DNA of 64,000 nt from Camelus dromedarius (Eukaryota). The notes beneath the pieces are model-generated. The model worked only from the letters and a program-made list of their open reading frames with translations, was not told the origin of the DNA and searched no databases. The stretch covers positions 70,930,001 through 70,994,000 of the forward strand of contig NC_087436.1 in NCBI RefSeq assembly GCF_036321535.1, given 5' to 3'. The translations under genes and the position numbers were made by a program. This document shows, in pieces, positions 36,913 through 50,485 of this stretch (position 1 is its first letter; each line of letters opens with the position of its first letter).

Positions 36913-37984
36913 TACTTAATTTTCTATGAATTTAGTGCATTGTGTTTCTGTATTTCAGAATAAGACTCTTCTTAGGAAGTTCATATATTAAACTGTCACA
37001 TAATTTCCAAAATCATCCCACAGACAGTGCATCTGAGTCAGTGAAAATTTCCGCTATTCATAGTTCAGTCAATAATTAATTGGCAAATTTGTAAATCCAA
37101 ATTTTAATATGTCTATAAGAGTGTTCACTACTCATTAAGCAGCAGTTGGTGGATAACATTCAATTTCCATTCAAACGTAAGACATCATCTCAATTCCTTT
37201 TTAGTTATCAGTTTTCACTATGAATTAATTACATAATGCTGAATGATTCTCCTGAGGCCGTATCAATTGAGATTCAGTTATAAATGCCTTCTATGTACTT
37301 AAAATAGAGCAAAATACTTTTCTTTAAAATATTCTTTGTGTATAATGGTGAATAATATTTAACTGAAAGTGAATTTTTTATTATCTACCTTAACCATTGA
37401 TTGCTTTTAAATTATGCTTGAGGGTTTCCTCTATTCCACATTCACCCCAGTGGTTAAATTTTATTAAAGTCAGTATAATGAAAGGAAAAATGGAGATGTA
37501 TGCAGAAAAACTGAACACTTGTTTCAGTGTCAGTTTTATTATTTTTGTGTTTAAATTTTATTTTTAAAAACTAATTTATTATAAAAAACTTATAAAGATA
37601 AGAATATAAATATTCATATCTCTGTCACAGAAATAATTATTGATAACACAATGGTTGTTAACTTCCTTTTTTCTCTTAATCACATATGTAGATCATTTTT
37701 ACAAAAACATTCATAAATATAGATCACAGTTATTAATCGGTGAGAAATTTACTTTTTGTTATTTCCTTCACTTCTTTTCTGGCTGGAAATAAGTCTTCCC
37801 TTTTATACTAAAGAGTGCTGTTTGCCAAATATCTTTGGTTCTCCTCACTTCTGAGCATATGGGAATATTTTATTTTCTGTTTATTTTTAGTCAGATGGGG
37901 TCATACTTGAGAAAGTTGTGAACAATTAGTTATGATCAGAAATTATGTATGTCATTATACAGTCAGATCATTTATTTGTAAATG

Positions 37985-40417
37985 AGCATGACCCTCCTAA
38001 GAGCCCCAGAACATACCAAAGTGGTAGCTGGCAGCACACCCTAGGGGAATATGTGCCCATGGTCACATCAGATCCAGCTCTCCCGTCAAAGTCACTGAGC
38101 ACATGCAGACTGAATAGGGACACTTACACAAGGACACCCCTTCAAGACCAGAATAGGTAACTGTTTCACCTAATTTCATAGAGACAGAGAAACTTAAGCA
38201 AAATGAGAAAACAGAAATTTGTTTCAATTGAAAGAACAAGGGAAAACCCTTGAGAAAACAACTAATGAAAAAGAAATAATTTCCCACAGAAGAGTTCAAA
38301 GCATCAGTAATAAGAGTGCTAACTGACGCAGGGGAAGAAGAGACGAACACAGAAAGAACTGTAAAAAGGAACTAGAAAACATAAAAAAGACCCAGTCATA
38401 TCTGAGAAATATAATAATTGAAATGAAAAATATAGTAGGAGAAATTAACATCAGACTGGGTGATACAGAGCAATGCATAAGTGATCTGGAATACAGAATA
38501 TTGAAATAACCCAATCAGAACAACAAAAAGAAAAGCAAATTATAAAAAAATGAAAACAGTTTAAGAGACCTCCGTGGCAACATCACGCATTCCAACATTC
38601 TCATTATAGGGATCCCAGAAGGAAAAGAGACAGAAAGAGGTAGAAAATATATAAAATGAAATTATGGCTGAAAACTTCCTGAACCTGAAGAAGGAAAGAG
38701 ATATCCAGGTACAGGAAGCACAGAGGGTCTCAAACAAGATGAGCACAGACAGACCGACACTCCAACATATCATAATTAGAATGTCAAAAGTTAAAGATTA
38801 AATATAAATGAATCCTAAAGGCAGCAAGAGAAAAAGAATCATATACAAGGGAATCACCATAAAGCTATCAGCTGATTGTTCTGCAGAAGCTATCAAAAAG
38901 TGAAAGCAAGAAAACAACCCTGTTTAATAATATCACATCAAAAAAATAAAACACCTAACAATAAACTTAACCAAGAAAATGAAAGACCTATACTCTGAAA
39001 ACTACAAAACACTGATAAAGGAAACTGAAGAGGACATAAAGAAATGGAAAATTATTCCATGTTCATGGATTGGAAGAATTGATATTGTTAAAATGTCCAT
39101 ACTGTCAAAAGCAATCTATAGATTTAATGCAATCCCTATCAAAATATCCATGACATTTTTCACAAAACTAGAAAAAATAACCCAAAAGATCCCAAGTAGC
39201 TAAAACAACCTTGAGAAAGAACAGAGCAGGGAGTATCACATTCCATGGCTTCAAAGAAAACTGGAAGTCAGTATTCCAAAGCTGCAATAATCAAAACAGT
39301 ATGGAACTGGCAGAAAGACACATAGATCAATGGAACAGGATAGAAAATCCAGAAATAAACCCATACATTTACCATCAATTAATCTATGACAAAGAAGCAA
39401 GAACATACAATGGAGAAAATACAGTCTCTTCAATAAATGATGCTGGGAACACTAGACAGCTACTTGTGGAAGAATGAAATTAGATTATTTTCTCACCATA
39501 TACAAAAATAAATTTAAAGTGGATTAAAGGTCTAAATGTAAGACTGGAAACCATACAACTTCAAGAAGAAAACATAGGTAGAACACTTCTTGACATAAAT
39601 TGTAGCAAAAAAAATTTTGGGGTCTGTCTCCTAAGGTCAAGGAAACAAAAGCAAAAATAAATAAATGGCACCTCATTAAACTTAAAAGCTTTTGCAAAGC
39701 AAAGAAAGCCATTGACAAAATGGAAAGACAATCTACTGAATGGAAGAAAACATTTGAAAATGATATGATCAAGGGATTAATACCCAAAATACAGAAACAG
39801 TTCATACAACTCAATATTTAAAAAAAAAAAAACCAATTAAAAAATAGGCTGAAGACATGAATAGACATTTCTCCAAAGAAGACATACAGATGTAAATAAT
39901 GCTGCTGTGAACACTGGGGTGCATGTATCTTTTCAAATTAGTGTTTCTGGTTTCTTTGGATATATTCCCAAGAGTGGTATTGTTGAATCACACTAACTTG
40001 AAGACACACAGAGTGGATTATTACCCATCCATAAAAAGAATGATATTCTGCTATTTGCAACAATGTGGATGGATCTAGATGGTATTATGATTAGTGAAAT
40101 AAGTCAGAGAAGGACTAAAACTGTATGTTATCAATTATATGTGTAATCTAAAACAATAAAACGAATGAACATAACAAAACAGAAAGAGACTTACAGATAT
40201 AGAGAACAAATTAGTGGTTACCCGTGGGAAGAGAGGGAATACCTCCAGACAGAGGTAGAGAATTAAGAGATACAAACTACTGTGTGTCAAATAAATAATT
40301 AACAAGAAACTGTAATAATTTTAAATGGAGGATAATCCATAAAAACATTGGATCACTAAGTCATATGCCTGAAACTAATATAATATTGTAAATCAACCAT
40401 ACTTCAACTAAAAAAAA
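37985..40417 (+). mobile_element. Rearranged LINE-1: ORF1 part fused to ORF2 3' part, internal inversion, 3' UTR and A tail
   Basis: ORF1-like 38200-38890; ORF2 [24 protein letters not shown]...; ends aaatcaaccatacttcaactaaaaaaaa. Confidence 0.9.
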
Positions 40418-40419
40418 AT

Positions 40420-40880
40420 GGGAGAGGAGTGCTTGCTATCACCCATGCTATTAAATAATAGTACTGAAGACCTAACCAGTTCAATAAGACAGGAAAAAGA
40501 AGTAAAAGGAGTAATATACAAAAAGGACAAAATAAAATTATTCTTGTTCAAACATATAATTTTGTATATTAAAAAAAAAGCATCTACATGTGACCTATTA
40601 TATATTCATTCTTATAATGAGTCTAGCAAGGATACTTGATATAGGTCCAAAAAAATCCACTGTATTTTGACATGTCAGCAACAAATGCTTAGAAAACAAC
40701 ACTATTACATATCTTAAAAACATTAATTTCCTACTACTTGAGAGAAAGATGACCTATTTAAAGGAAGGAATGTTTATGGACTAGGACATTCAATAGTCTA
40801 AATATGTTTATCTCTGGGATTTGAGCAGTGAATTGACTATAGTCCCAATCAAAATGCTAGTAGAAGAAGCAGCAGAATTG
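40420..40880 (+). mobile_element. Old L1M ORF2 (RT region) remnant
   Basis: CLLSPMLLN...LTSSIRQEKEVKGV...IKLFLF, matches L1 RT. Confidence 0.8.
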
Positions 40881-41519
40881 GAAAAGGGAGTGGAACAAGA
40901 AGATTTTGGTAAAATTAGAGTGTGTGGAGTTAGTGAGTTCAAGGAATGTGAACAAATTAGCAAGACCTTATGAAAACAGAAAAATAAGAATACTCTGCCG
41001 AATATTTGCATTCTTAACACTACAAGGGCAGAACTAACAAACACAAGCCTGAGTTTGATCTAATAGAGTAGAAGGTGCAACCCAGTGCCTTGACCATAAA
41101 ATTAATTTTCATAATAAGTGTAGAATGTAAAAAGTATATGAAAATGAAAGCACTTGAGACATGTACAGATGTTCAATACACCCTTCTTGGACAAAGTTCT
41201 GGGGAGGCTCATGGGAATGGTTTTGCAATAAAGAATGAGGTAATTAGGAAATTTTTAGTTAAGAGTAAAAGGATTAAATTGAGAACTTAGGCTCACTGAG
41301 AGCTTATTGATTACCATATTGCAAGCCTGTTTCATCATTTGTGAACTTTAGACATTGATATTGTAGAAAAGAGATTAAACATTTACTTAATGCACTTTGC
41401 CTCCTCTGTGCTGTCTGCTGCATTGTTTCACAGAAGGAAATCTTAAAGAGAGCAGATTTAAAATAAAATTTAACTTTAGTCATATTAAACAAGTAGTTTT
41501 CTAAACTAATAAAACTTAC

Positions 41520-44430
41520 CAATTTTTTTCTTTTATGGGTCATGCTTTTGATGTTGTATCCAAGAAATCTTTTGCAAGCCAAAGTTACTAAAATTTTCTC
41601 CTAAGTTTTCTTACAACATCTTTTAGAGGATTCATTTTTACATGTAGATCTATGATACATTGTGGATTACTATTTGTATTTGGTGCTGAGGATCAAAGTC
41701 CATTTTTTTGCATGTGGGTATCTAATTTTTCCAACACCATTTGTTAAAAAGAATATTATTACTCCACAGAATTTACTTAGCACTTTTGTCAAATCAGTTG
41801 GCCATATATTTGTGGGTTTGCTTACTCTTTTTTCAGTGATATACTTGTTGGTCTTTACACTGATACCACATTTTCTTGATTAAAATCAGATAACTTTAGT
41901 CTTCCAACTTTTTTTTTTTTTTAATCAGAGTCGTTTTGGTCATATTCAGTCCTCTGCATTTCCATTTGAATTTTAGAATCAACTTGTTTTCTACCAAAAA
42001 AGTACTTGTTAGGATTTTTTATTAGGATAGAGTTGATTCTGTAAATAAACTTAGGTAAAGTACATTTTCACATTACTGACTCATGAATGGAATTTATTTC
42101 TCTATCTGAATATTTTGAAATTTCTTTTTAAACAATGTTTTGTGGTTTTCATTGTGCATATATTATGTACCTTTATCAGATTTATTCCTAAGTGTTTCAT
42201 ATTTCTTGACATTATTGTAGATGATATTTTTCAAATTTCAATTTCCAATTTAGTAGTGGTGTGTGGAAATGGATTTTTGTGTGTAACTACTTAATACCTT
42301 GTAAACATGCTAATTAGCTTTAGTAGCTTATTTATAGATTCCACTGGATTTTGTATATGTACAATCACATTATCTGTACAGAGAGTTTACTTATTTTCTT
42401 CTCACTATATCTTTTTTTCCTCCCCTTTGTCTTGCCTGATTGTACTGGTGAGATCTTCCAATAGAATGTTGAAAAAACTTGCCATGTTCCTGACATTGGG
42501 AGGCAAACATTCAATAGATAACATTAACTGTTAACATTAAATGACAGTTTTTTATGTTGAGAAACTTCCTTTGCATTCTTAATGTGCTGAGGAATTTTTT
42601 AAATCAGGAATGGGTAATGGATTTTGTCAAATGCCTTTTCTTCTGTTAAGATGATAATGTGGTTTTCTTCTAAAATTTGTTTATATGGCAAACTACGTTA
42701 ATTTTCATTGTTAAGCCATTCCTCAGATAAACCCCATATAGGCATTTGGATGTATTACTCTATGTATTGATGGATTGGACTTGCTAAACATTATAAAACA
42801 TTTTTGCATTTATGGGCATGATAGATACTACTTTATTCTTTTCTTGTCTAATTATTAAAGCTTGCCTCATAGAATGAGTTGGGAAGTAATACCACCTCTT
42901 AATATTTTGGAAGAGTTTTTGTAGACTTGGTATTACTTTCTTAAATATTTGGAATTCACAAGTGAAGTCATCTGAAGTTTTCTTTGTTGGATGTTTCTAA
43001 GTAGAAATTTAATTTCTATTAGAGATATAGGACTATTCAGGTTATTTGTATCTTCTTGGTAATTTATGTCTTTCTAAAAATTTTCCCATTTCATCTGACT
43101 GTCATTTTTTTGGCATAAAGTTTTTCATAATAATTTCTCTACATGTTTAACATCTGTGGAATATTTAGTGATGTCACCTCTCTCATTCTTGATATTGGCG
43201 ATTTTTGTCTTCTCTCTTTTTCCTTATCACTCTGATCAGAAAATTACGAATTTTATTGATCTTTACAAGCCAGCATTTGATTTGAGTTGCTCTATTTTTC
43301 CTGTCTTTTAAATTTCATCAGTTACTGCTCCTGTTTTCTTTCTTCTGCTCACTTTGGTTTTTAAGCATTTACCACTGATTTTTAGATCTTTCTTCTTTTC
43401 TAATAATATAAGCACTTAATGCAATAATTTATTCTCTGAAGACTGCTTTTGAAGCATCTGCCAACTAACTTTTGTTAGACAGAAAAACACTTAAGTCTGT
43501 CTAAAATATATTTTATTTTCTACTCTGATTTCTTTTTTGGCCTGTGGATTTGCAGTATTTTTGTTGTTGTTGTTGTCTAAATACTGGGGTATTTTCCAAA
43601 TATCTTTAAAAATTGATTTCTGGTTTTATTCTGTTGTGTTTAAGACAATCACTTTATGATTCAGTACTTTGAGATTTACTGAGAATTATTTTATGGCTTA
43701 GCATGTTTTATCCTAGTAAATGATTTGTCTGTGGTTGAAAATAATGTGTATACTCTTGTTAGATTGAGCATTCTTTGATTATCAGTTAGATCCAACTAGT
43801 TGATAGCATTGCTCATGAAAGTAAGATGAGAAATTCTATTGTCATCCTTATGTTTGTTTCTCTGCACCTAGTTTTGTTTTCCTTTGGTTGCTTTTTAAGA
43901 TGTTTGACTTTTTATTTTCCAGCAATTGGTGATGTGCCGTAATGTGATTTCCTTTGTTTATTCTGCTTAGGGTTTGTTGACCATTTTTGGTCTGTGGGTT
44001 TATTGTTTTCATAAAGTTTTAAAAATATTTTTAAAACATTTTTTAAAAATTATTTTTTCAAATATTTGTCCTATTCCCTCACCTTCTCTCCTCCTGGGAC
44101 CCCATTTGTATATACATTATTCTGATTGATATTATCAAACATGTCACTGTACTCTGTTCATTTCTCTTTTTCCTCATTGTGCTGCATTTTGGATATTTCT
44201 GTTGCTATACATTCAAATTCAGTGATTTTTTTATTTTTTCTTTTCTAATATGTTGTTAATCCCAAATATTTCTTATTTCTGATATTTTATTTCTCGAAAT
44301 TCTACATGTCTTTTTAAAAATTTTTTTCATTTCTTTCTTTATCATGTTCATAATTTCTTCCACTTTCCTAAATATAGGAAGTATATTTTTCAAAGGATTT
44401 TTCAGTGTTCTTCATATTCTTTTTACTTTT
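41520..44430 (-). mobile_element. Old L1M fragments
   Basis: Degenerate antisense L1 ORF2/ORF1 motifs throughout. Confidence 0.85.
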
Positions 44431-44544
44431 TGTTTATCATAAAGGATAAATATCAATTCATAGATTAGGATAGAGTTAAAGGTCAAGTCTCCTGCTCATC
44501 CCTTCTATTCTGAATCTTTTTTTTTGTATTATTGATATTGGTTT

Positions 44545-45520
44545 TATTTTTCAAATTGTGGTAAAAGGAATAACATGAGATATACCCTCCCAACAAACTT
44601 TTAAGTGTACAGTATTAACTATAAGCACAAAGTTGTTCAGCAGATCTCTAGAACTTGTTCATCTCGTCTAACTGAAACTTTATACGCAATGAATAGCAAC
44701 TCTCCATTTCCCCCACCCTCATTCCTGTCAACCAGCATTGTACTTTTTGCTTCTATGGGTTTGACTACTTTACCTACCTCATGTAAGTGGAATCATGCAG
44801 TTTTTGTTCTTTTGGGACTGACTGACTCACTTAGCATAATGTCCTCAAGTTTCATCCATGTTGTTGCATATAACATGATTTCCTTTCTTTATAAGGCTGA
44901 AGAATTCTATGTATGCACCACAATTTCCTTAAACATTCATTTGTCTATGGACATTTAAGTCACTTCTGTATCTTGACTATTATAAACAATGCTTCAGTAA
45001 ACACAGGAGCCCAAATATCTCTTTGAGATCCTGATTTAAGTTCTTTTGTATAAATACCCAGAGGTAGGATCGCTGGCTCATATAAGTAGTTCTATTTTTA
45101 ATTTTTGAGGACCCTCCATACAGTTTTCCATAGCAACTGCACCAGTTTGCGTTCCCACCAATAATGCACAAGCGTCCCAATTTCTCCAAATACTTCCCAA
45201 CATTATTTATTTATTTAGACACTAACTGTCCTAACTTGTATGAGGTAATATCTCATTGTGGTTTTGATTTTCATTTCTCTGATAATTAGTGATAAGCATC
45301 TTCTCAGATATCTGTTGGCTATTTATATGTCTTCCTTGTAGAAATGTCTATTCAACCCTGTGGCCATTTTTAAAATCAAGTTATTAATTTTTTAACTATT
45401 GAGATGTCAAAGTTCCTTTATATTTTTGATACTGACCCTTTGTTAGATATGTGGTTTGCTAATACTTAACTTTCCTTCTGTTGCCTTTTTATTGTGTTGT
45501 TTCCTTTGCTGTACAGCTTT
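44545..45520 (-). mobile_element. L1MA/MB-type 3' end
   Basis: cagcagatctctagaacttgttcatct...tctcattgtggttttgatt. Confidence 0.9.
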
Positions 45521-45684
45521 TTGAGACAAAAGAACCATACAGTTTACCTCACAGATGCCAATGGAAAGAATCATTGCCTATTTCATATTTTCATTTTCAA
45601 GAAACACAGAACATAAATGTGGCAATAATAGCAAAATATTCTGTAAGGATCATCAATGTTCTTTGGTCAAAAAGTTACCAAACC

Positions 45685-45930
45685 AGCACTCAGTGCTGTC
45701 TGTGGTGTCAATCTGCAAATTATTTGTTCCTAGTTTGTGGCAAGATAAGTGCAGAAACTGAACATAAGCATTCTGAGACTTTTATAGAAGTTTGGCTTGG
45801 CTGTGACATGCAAGCAGGTGATCATTTTGTCTAGAAATTTGTTTAAGGTGTACTTTAAAAAGGTGTTCATATTGAAAGATTAAAAATTAAAGAAATTGAT
45901 ATTCAACATAGCTTATGAAGTGCTTGTCTC
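45685..45930. mobile_element. hAT-Charlie-type MER remnant
   Basis: gataagtgcagaaactga...gacttttatagaagtttgg...gtgatcatttt resembles Charlie-family MITE. Confidence 0.5.
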
Positions 45931-47004
45931 AATTAATATGGAACTAATAATCTTATTTTGAAATCAATCATAAATATAATTTGGGGGGAAAATTGTATTT
46001 CTCTAGAATTATATCATATTCTTCAACTGTTCTCAAATCCCATTTTGAGAGAGCACTTTATCAAAGCAATACTCCTTTCATCCACATAGATGTTTAGATT
46101 CTAGGAGTTCTGGTGATATGGCCAACATTTTATATTTAAATATTCATATTGAATTTTCCAACTATGCTTATAATATTGAAGACCTAAAGGACTACAATTA
46201 AATAAGGAAACTAGGAATCTAAAATCATGAAGTTTTCATTGAACTGCTTGGGCAAAACTTTTGAACAACATAATTATATTGACTCAACTTTAGGACACAT
46301 TTCTTTTCCATTTTTAAATTTCTGATACAAGGTCATATCCTTTGATATTAAAGAAAAGCATCCTGACACTTGGCAGAGGAGTTCATTGTGACATAGTTTT
46401 CATTGTTTGCATAGTGTGAAACAATTATTACCTTAGTTGTTTGTATTAAGTTTCTGTATTATTTTTCTTAAATGTGAAACTCTACTTTGTACTTGAAATG
46501 TCTTCAAAAATTATTCTCTGATGCAGAGAAATGAAAAATTATTGTGTCCAAAAAGATTGCTTGCCACATAAAGTGCAATGAAAGACAGTAAAACTTGTCA
46601 AATTTATCAGAAAAAAAAATCCCAGGATTTTCTATGGTATATTATTCAGTATTCCTTGAAATTATGCTATCAGCTTGAATAGCACTAAAATGGAAGAACA
46701 AATTACAAAAGCAGTATTTCAAAATTTATTCAGAGTTTGGAACTGTTTGGAACTGTGCTACTGTAAGTAGCCAGTCCACTGCTGGTTGTTCCTGTTTTCA
46801 ATATTATAAGGAGCTTGCACTAGGATATAAATTGGCACATTGCTTGGTTCATCAAGAAAGTCTTGCTAGGTAAAAACAATGTGCTTAAGGATGTAGATGA
46901 TTTACATTCTGCACAGCTCATTATTTCTTTATGAACCAATCAACCTTTAAGTAGGATGGGTTTAGACTCTTGTATCTGTTAGAACTCTCATAGACTCTGA
47001 TTAA

Positions 47005-47690
47005 TGTGTCTCCTTAGGCAAGGGTAACAAAAGCAAAAATAAACAAATGGGACTACATCAAACTAAAAACCTTTTGCACAGTGAAGGAAACCATCAATAA
47101 AATGAAAAGGCTGCCTACTTAATAGAGGATGTTTGAAAATTATATATCCAGTTTGGGGTTAGTATCCAAAATATACAAAGAACTCACACAACTCAACATT
47201 AAAAAAAAAAACCCAATTAAAACAGGAGATAGAGGGTCTGATAGACGTTTCTCCAAAGAAGACATATAAATGGCCAACAGACACATGAAAAGATGCTCAA
47301 CGTCACTGATCATCAGGAATATGCAAATCAAAACCCATCATTAGATACCACCTCACATCTGTCAGAATGGTTATTATTAAAAAAAAGACAACAAATAACA
47401 AGTGTTGGTGAGAAAAAGAGACCCTCACCCACTGTTGCTGGGAATGTCAATTGGTGTCACTGGAAAATAGTATGAAGAGTCCTTAAAAAGTTAAAAGTAG
47501 AACCATTATGCAATTTAACAATTCCACTCCTGGATATGTATCTGAAGAAAATGAAAACACTAATTAGAAAAGATATATGCACCTCTATGTTCATTGCAGA
47601 ATTATTTATAATAGCCAAGACAAGGAAGCAACTTAAGTATCCATCAATAGATGAATGGTTAAAGAAAATGTGGAATGTAAATATATGTAC
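47005..47690 (+). mobile_element. L1 ORF2 3' fragment
   Basis: KDICTSMFIAELFIIAKTRKQLKYPSIDEWLKKMW. Confidence 0.95.
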
Positions 47691-47699
47691 ATATTATTA

Positions 47700-48280
47700 C
47701 TCAACTTTGATTTATGTCTTTTTTTGAAATCTCCTTTCCCCAGCTAACAAAAAATCCAGAGGTATGCATGTAATTGCTTGTTGATATTGGTACCAACTAC
47801 TCAATGTATCCAGACTATCCAGGCTCTTTTTTATCCTTTATCATCATTACCATGCTGGCCTTTTGTCCTCACATTGTCACCTATGATCATAAGATGTTTA
47901 CAATCAAGTAAGTAAAATGCAGAGCCAATTGCATTTGTTCTTTTTAAGAGGAAAGTAAGTTTTTCCAGAACACTCCTATGGATATTACCTTAATTCTTAT
48001 TGGACAGAAACTTGAAACATGACATACTTAGCTGCAAGCGTCGATGAAAAATCTAATATACTGCAGAGGTAAGAGTTTCAGTGTTGGTTATGGGATAAGT
48101 TAGGTTATGCTGAATTAGCATACAACTTCAAATTCTCAGTGGCTTGATAGAAGTTTATTTGTTGCTTACACAAAATTTGGGGTCCATATGAGCTACAGGT
48201 AGCTCTTTTCCACGTAGTGACTTCATGATCCAGGCTGGTCTGATTTTATGGCTAGTGGCTGGAGGGTAATGCTCTGTGTG
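47700..48280. mobile_element. Degraded MLT-type LTR fragments
   Basis: ttcttattggacagaa...catgacatacttagctgcaag; ctcagtggcttgatagaagtttatt. Confidence 0.45.
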
Positions 48281-50266
48281 CTTACGTTCTCCTGTTCTCC
48301 TTAGCTGCTTTGTGTGCTTCATTGTGTTTATATGCAAATCTGTTTATTTTTTTGTATCTAGTAATTTAGTTAAAATTCTGTATAAAATAATATATGAATA
48401 TAAAAAACAGGGTTGTTTATTGAAACTCAATTCGATGCTTTTGGAATAAGTGATAAGGAAGAATCACTAAAAATTACTCTAAGTTAGGTATAAGATACCA
48501 AAGAAACCTAGAGGGATTCTGAACTCACACTGTTTCATAGGTATCTTTAATTTGTTGCTCCACTTTAAAAAAATGAAATTGGAAACCACAGACAATATAT
48601 TGTGAGGATAAACTCTTAAAGAAAGACACATCAACATGGCTCTCCAATCAGAGAAATTAAGCTTAAGGAAATTGTTATGGGCTTGTATTTAAAGACAAGA
48701 AGACCTCTATTGTACTTGTCAATATTCATCACAATTCAGTTCATGGTTTTTGACCTGTTTCATGGAATATTTTGGTTTGTTTTCCAGTTTTTGCATTGAT
48801 TTTGGTTGGTTTCACAATGGAGTGAAATAGAAATAGCTTTTACCAACCACCTTTAGCTGAATCCCTCACTGCATTTTAAAGGAGTTTAAAAACCAAAAGT
48901 CAAACTGACTATGATCACCTGATTTGCTTTCCTCTGAGAGGTAGACAGTCACAGTGAGAATTGAGGTTGAAATTAGTTATTGCAGAAACTAAAGAAAATT
49001 ATATAAATTGTGGCTACCATTTTCCAATATGATTTTTTTTTCCTTTTTATCTCTGTGTTCACTTTATTCAATCTGTTGTCTGAGTATACAGACCTTGACT
49101 TTCACTCACAGCCTTGAATTCTTCTGTTCTCTTGGCTATTCTATGATATTTTCAAAATCATTTTGAATTCTATATACCATCCTCTGAATATCTAGCTCAA
49201 GAGTGCTTGCCTTAGGGAATACATAATCAGAAACATCAAGGGAGATACTAACGGTAAGGATAAAGACTGTGAGCCTCTTATTTACTCCACAGAATATCTT
49301 TCTAGGCCAAAGCCCTTATAGTTTCTTTCTTCTTGACTGTTTTGTTCACAAAGACATTGTTTCTTCGATTCCTGTCCTATGTGGCAAGTCACATTTCTTT
49401 GGCTATTTTTCTCAGCTTTTAGATAAGATTACTTTCTTCAGATATCTCTCACACTAACATTTATCCTTGTTCTATCAAAATTCAATTTGTCAGGCTTTTT
49501 TTTTCAAATGCTCGTGTCTTCCTATAATCAGATCTCTATTTACTTACTCATTCTTTCCTACAGGTATCTCAGTGTTCCAGGTGAGACCTGGGGCTGCTGT
49601 AAGACTGGCTTTGAGATGGATGTTTATGGTTTAGAACATACACATTTCTTTTCAGCTTGCAAACACTCTCACATCAACATTTAATTTACTCTTCATAAGT
49701 GGTATTATTATTGCTGCTTTTTTCCCCCCATGGGAGACTGAAGGCTAGAAAGTAGTCATCATTTACTCAAGGACATGAAGAGTAAGCAGCAGAATTGGTA
49801 CTGTTAGCTATTCTCCCGGCACCTCCACATTGTTGCACCCAAACACCAGATTAACATGAACATGGCAAGTCTCTATAGCCCCCAAGATATTGGGGGAGGA
49901 GGCACTCATGCAAAAGAGGATAAAGCAAGACTCATTCCAAGGATGCAGTGTGGGTCCTCCATGACCAACTGCTTACCCACTATATGATGGATGCTCTACT
50001 TTTTTCTCTACCGATGACTTCCTTTTCCTTAAAAGACTCCTCTGTTGGTTAATATAGCACCAATTCTCTTGTATCTTTGTTTCCTATTTTCATTTATTTC
50101 CTTCTCTGGCCATCCTTTCCAAGGTTTACCTTTGGCATTATTTTACAACTTTTCTTGCTCTATGCATTTACCTTGGGGAACTGTGAGCTTTCATATATTA
50201 ATCAATCATTAATTACAGATAACAGAAACCTAAGGAATTGGTTGCTTACAAAATCATTGGATGGTC

Positions 50267-50485
50267 TAGAGCTGTGCTGTCCACCATGGTAGCCACTAAC
50301 TGCATGTGGCTATTTAAGTTTTACATTTAAATTAATTTAAATTAAATAGAAGTAATAATTCAGATCCTTAGTTGAGCTAACCATATTTCAAGTGATCCGT
50401 AGTCACATATGGCTAGTGGCTACCATATTTGACAACAGATTTATAGAACATTTTCCTCATGACAGAATATTCTATTGGCCTAGAG
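50267..50485. mobile_element. MER3-type (hAT-Charlie) MITE, nested in an old LTR-like element (~50190-50985)
   Basis: gtgctgtccaccatggtagccactaactgcatgtggcta...atatggctagtggctaccatatttgaca internal palindrome. Confidence 0.8.
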
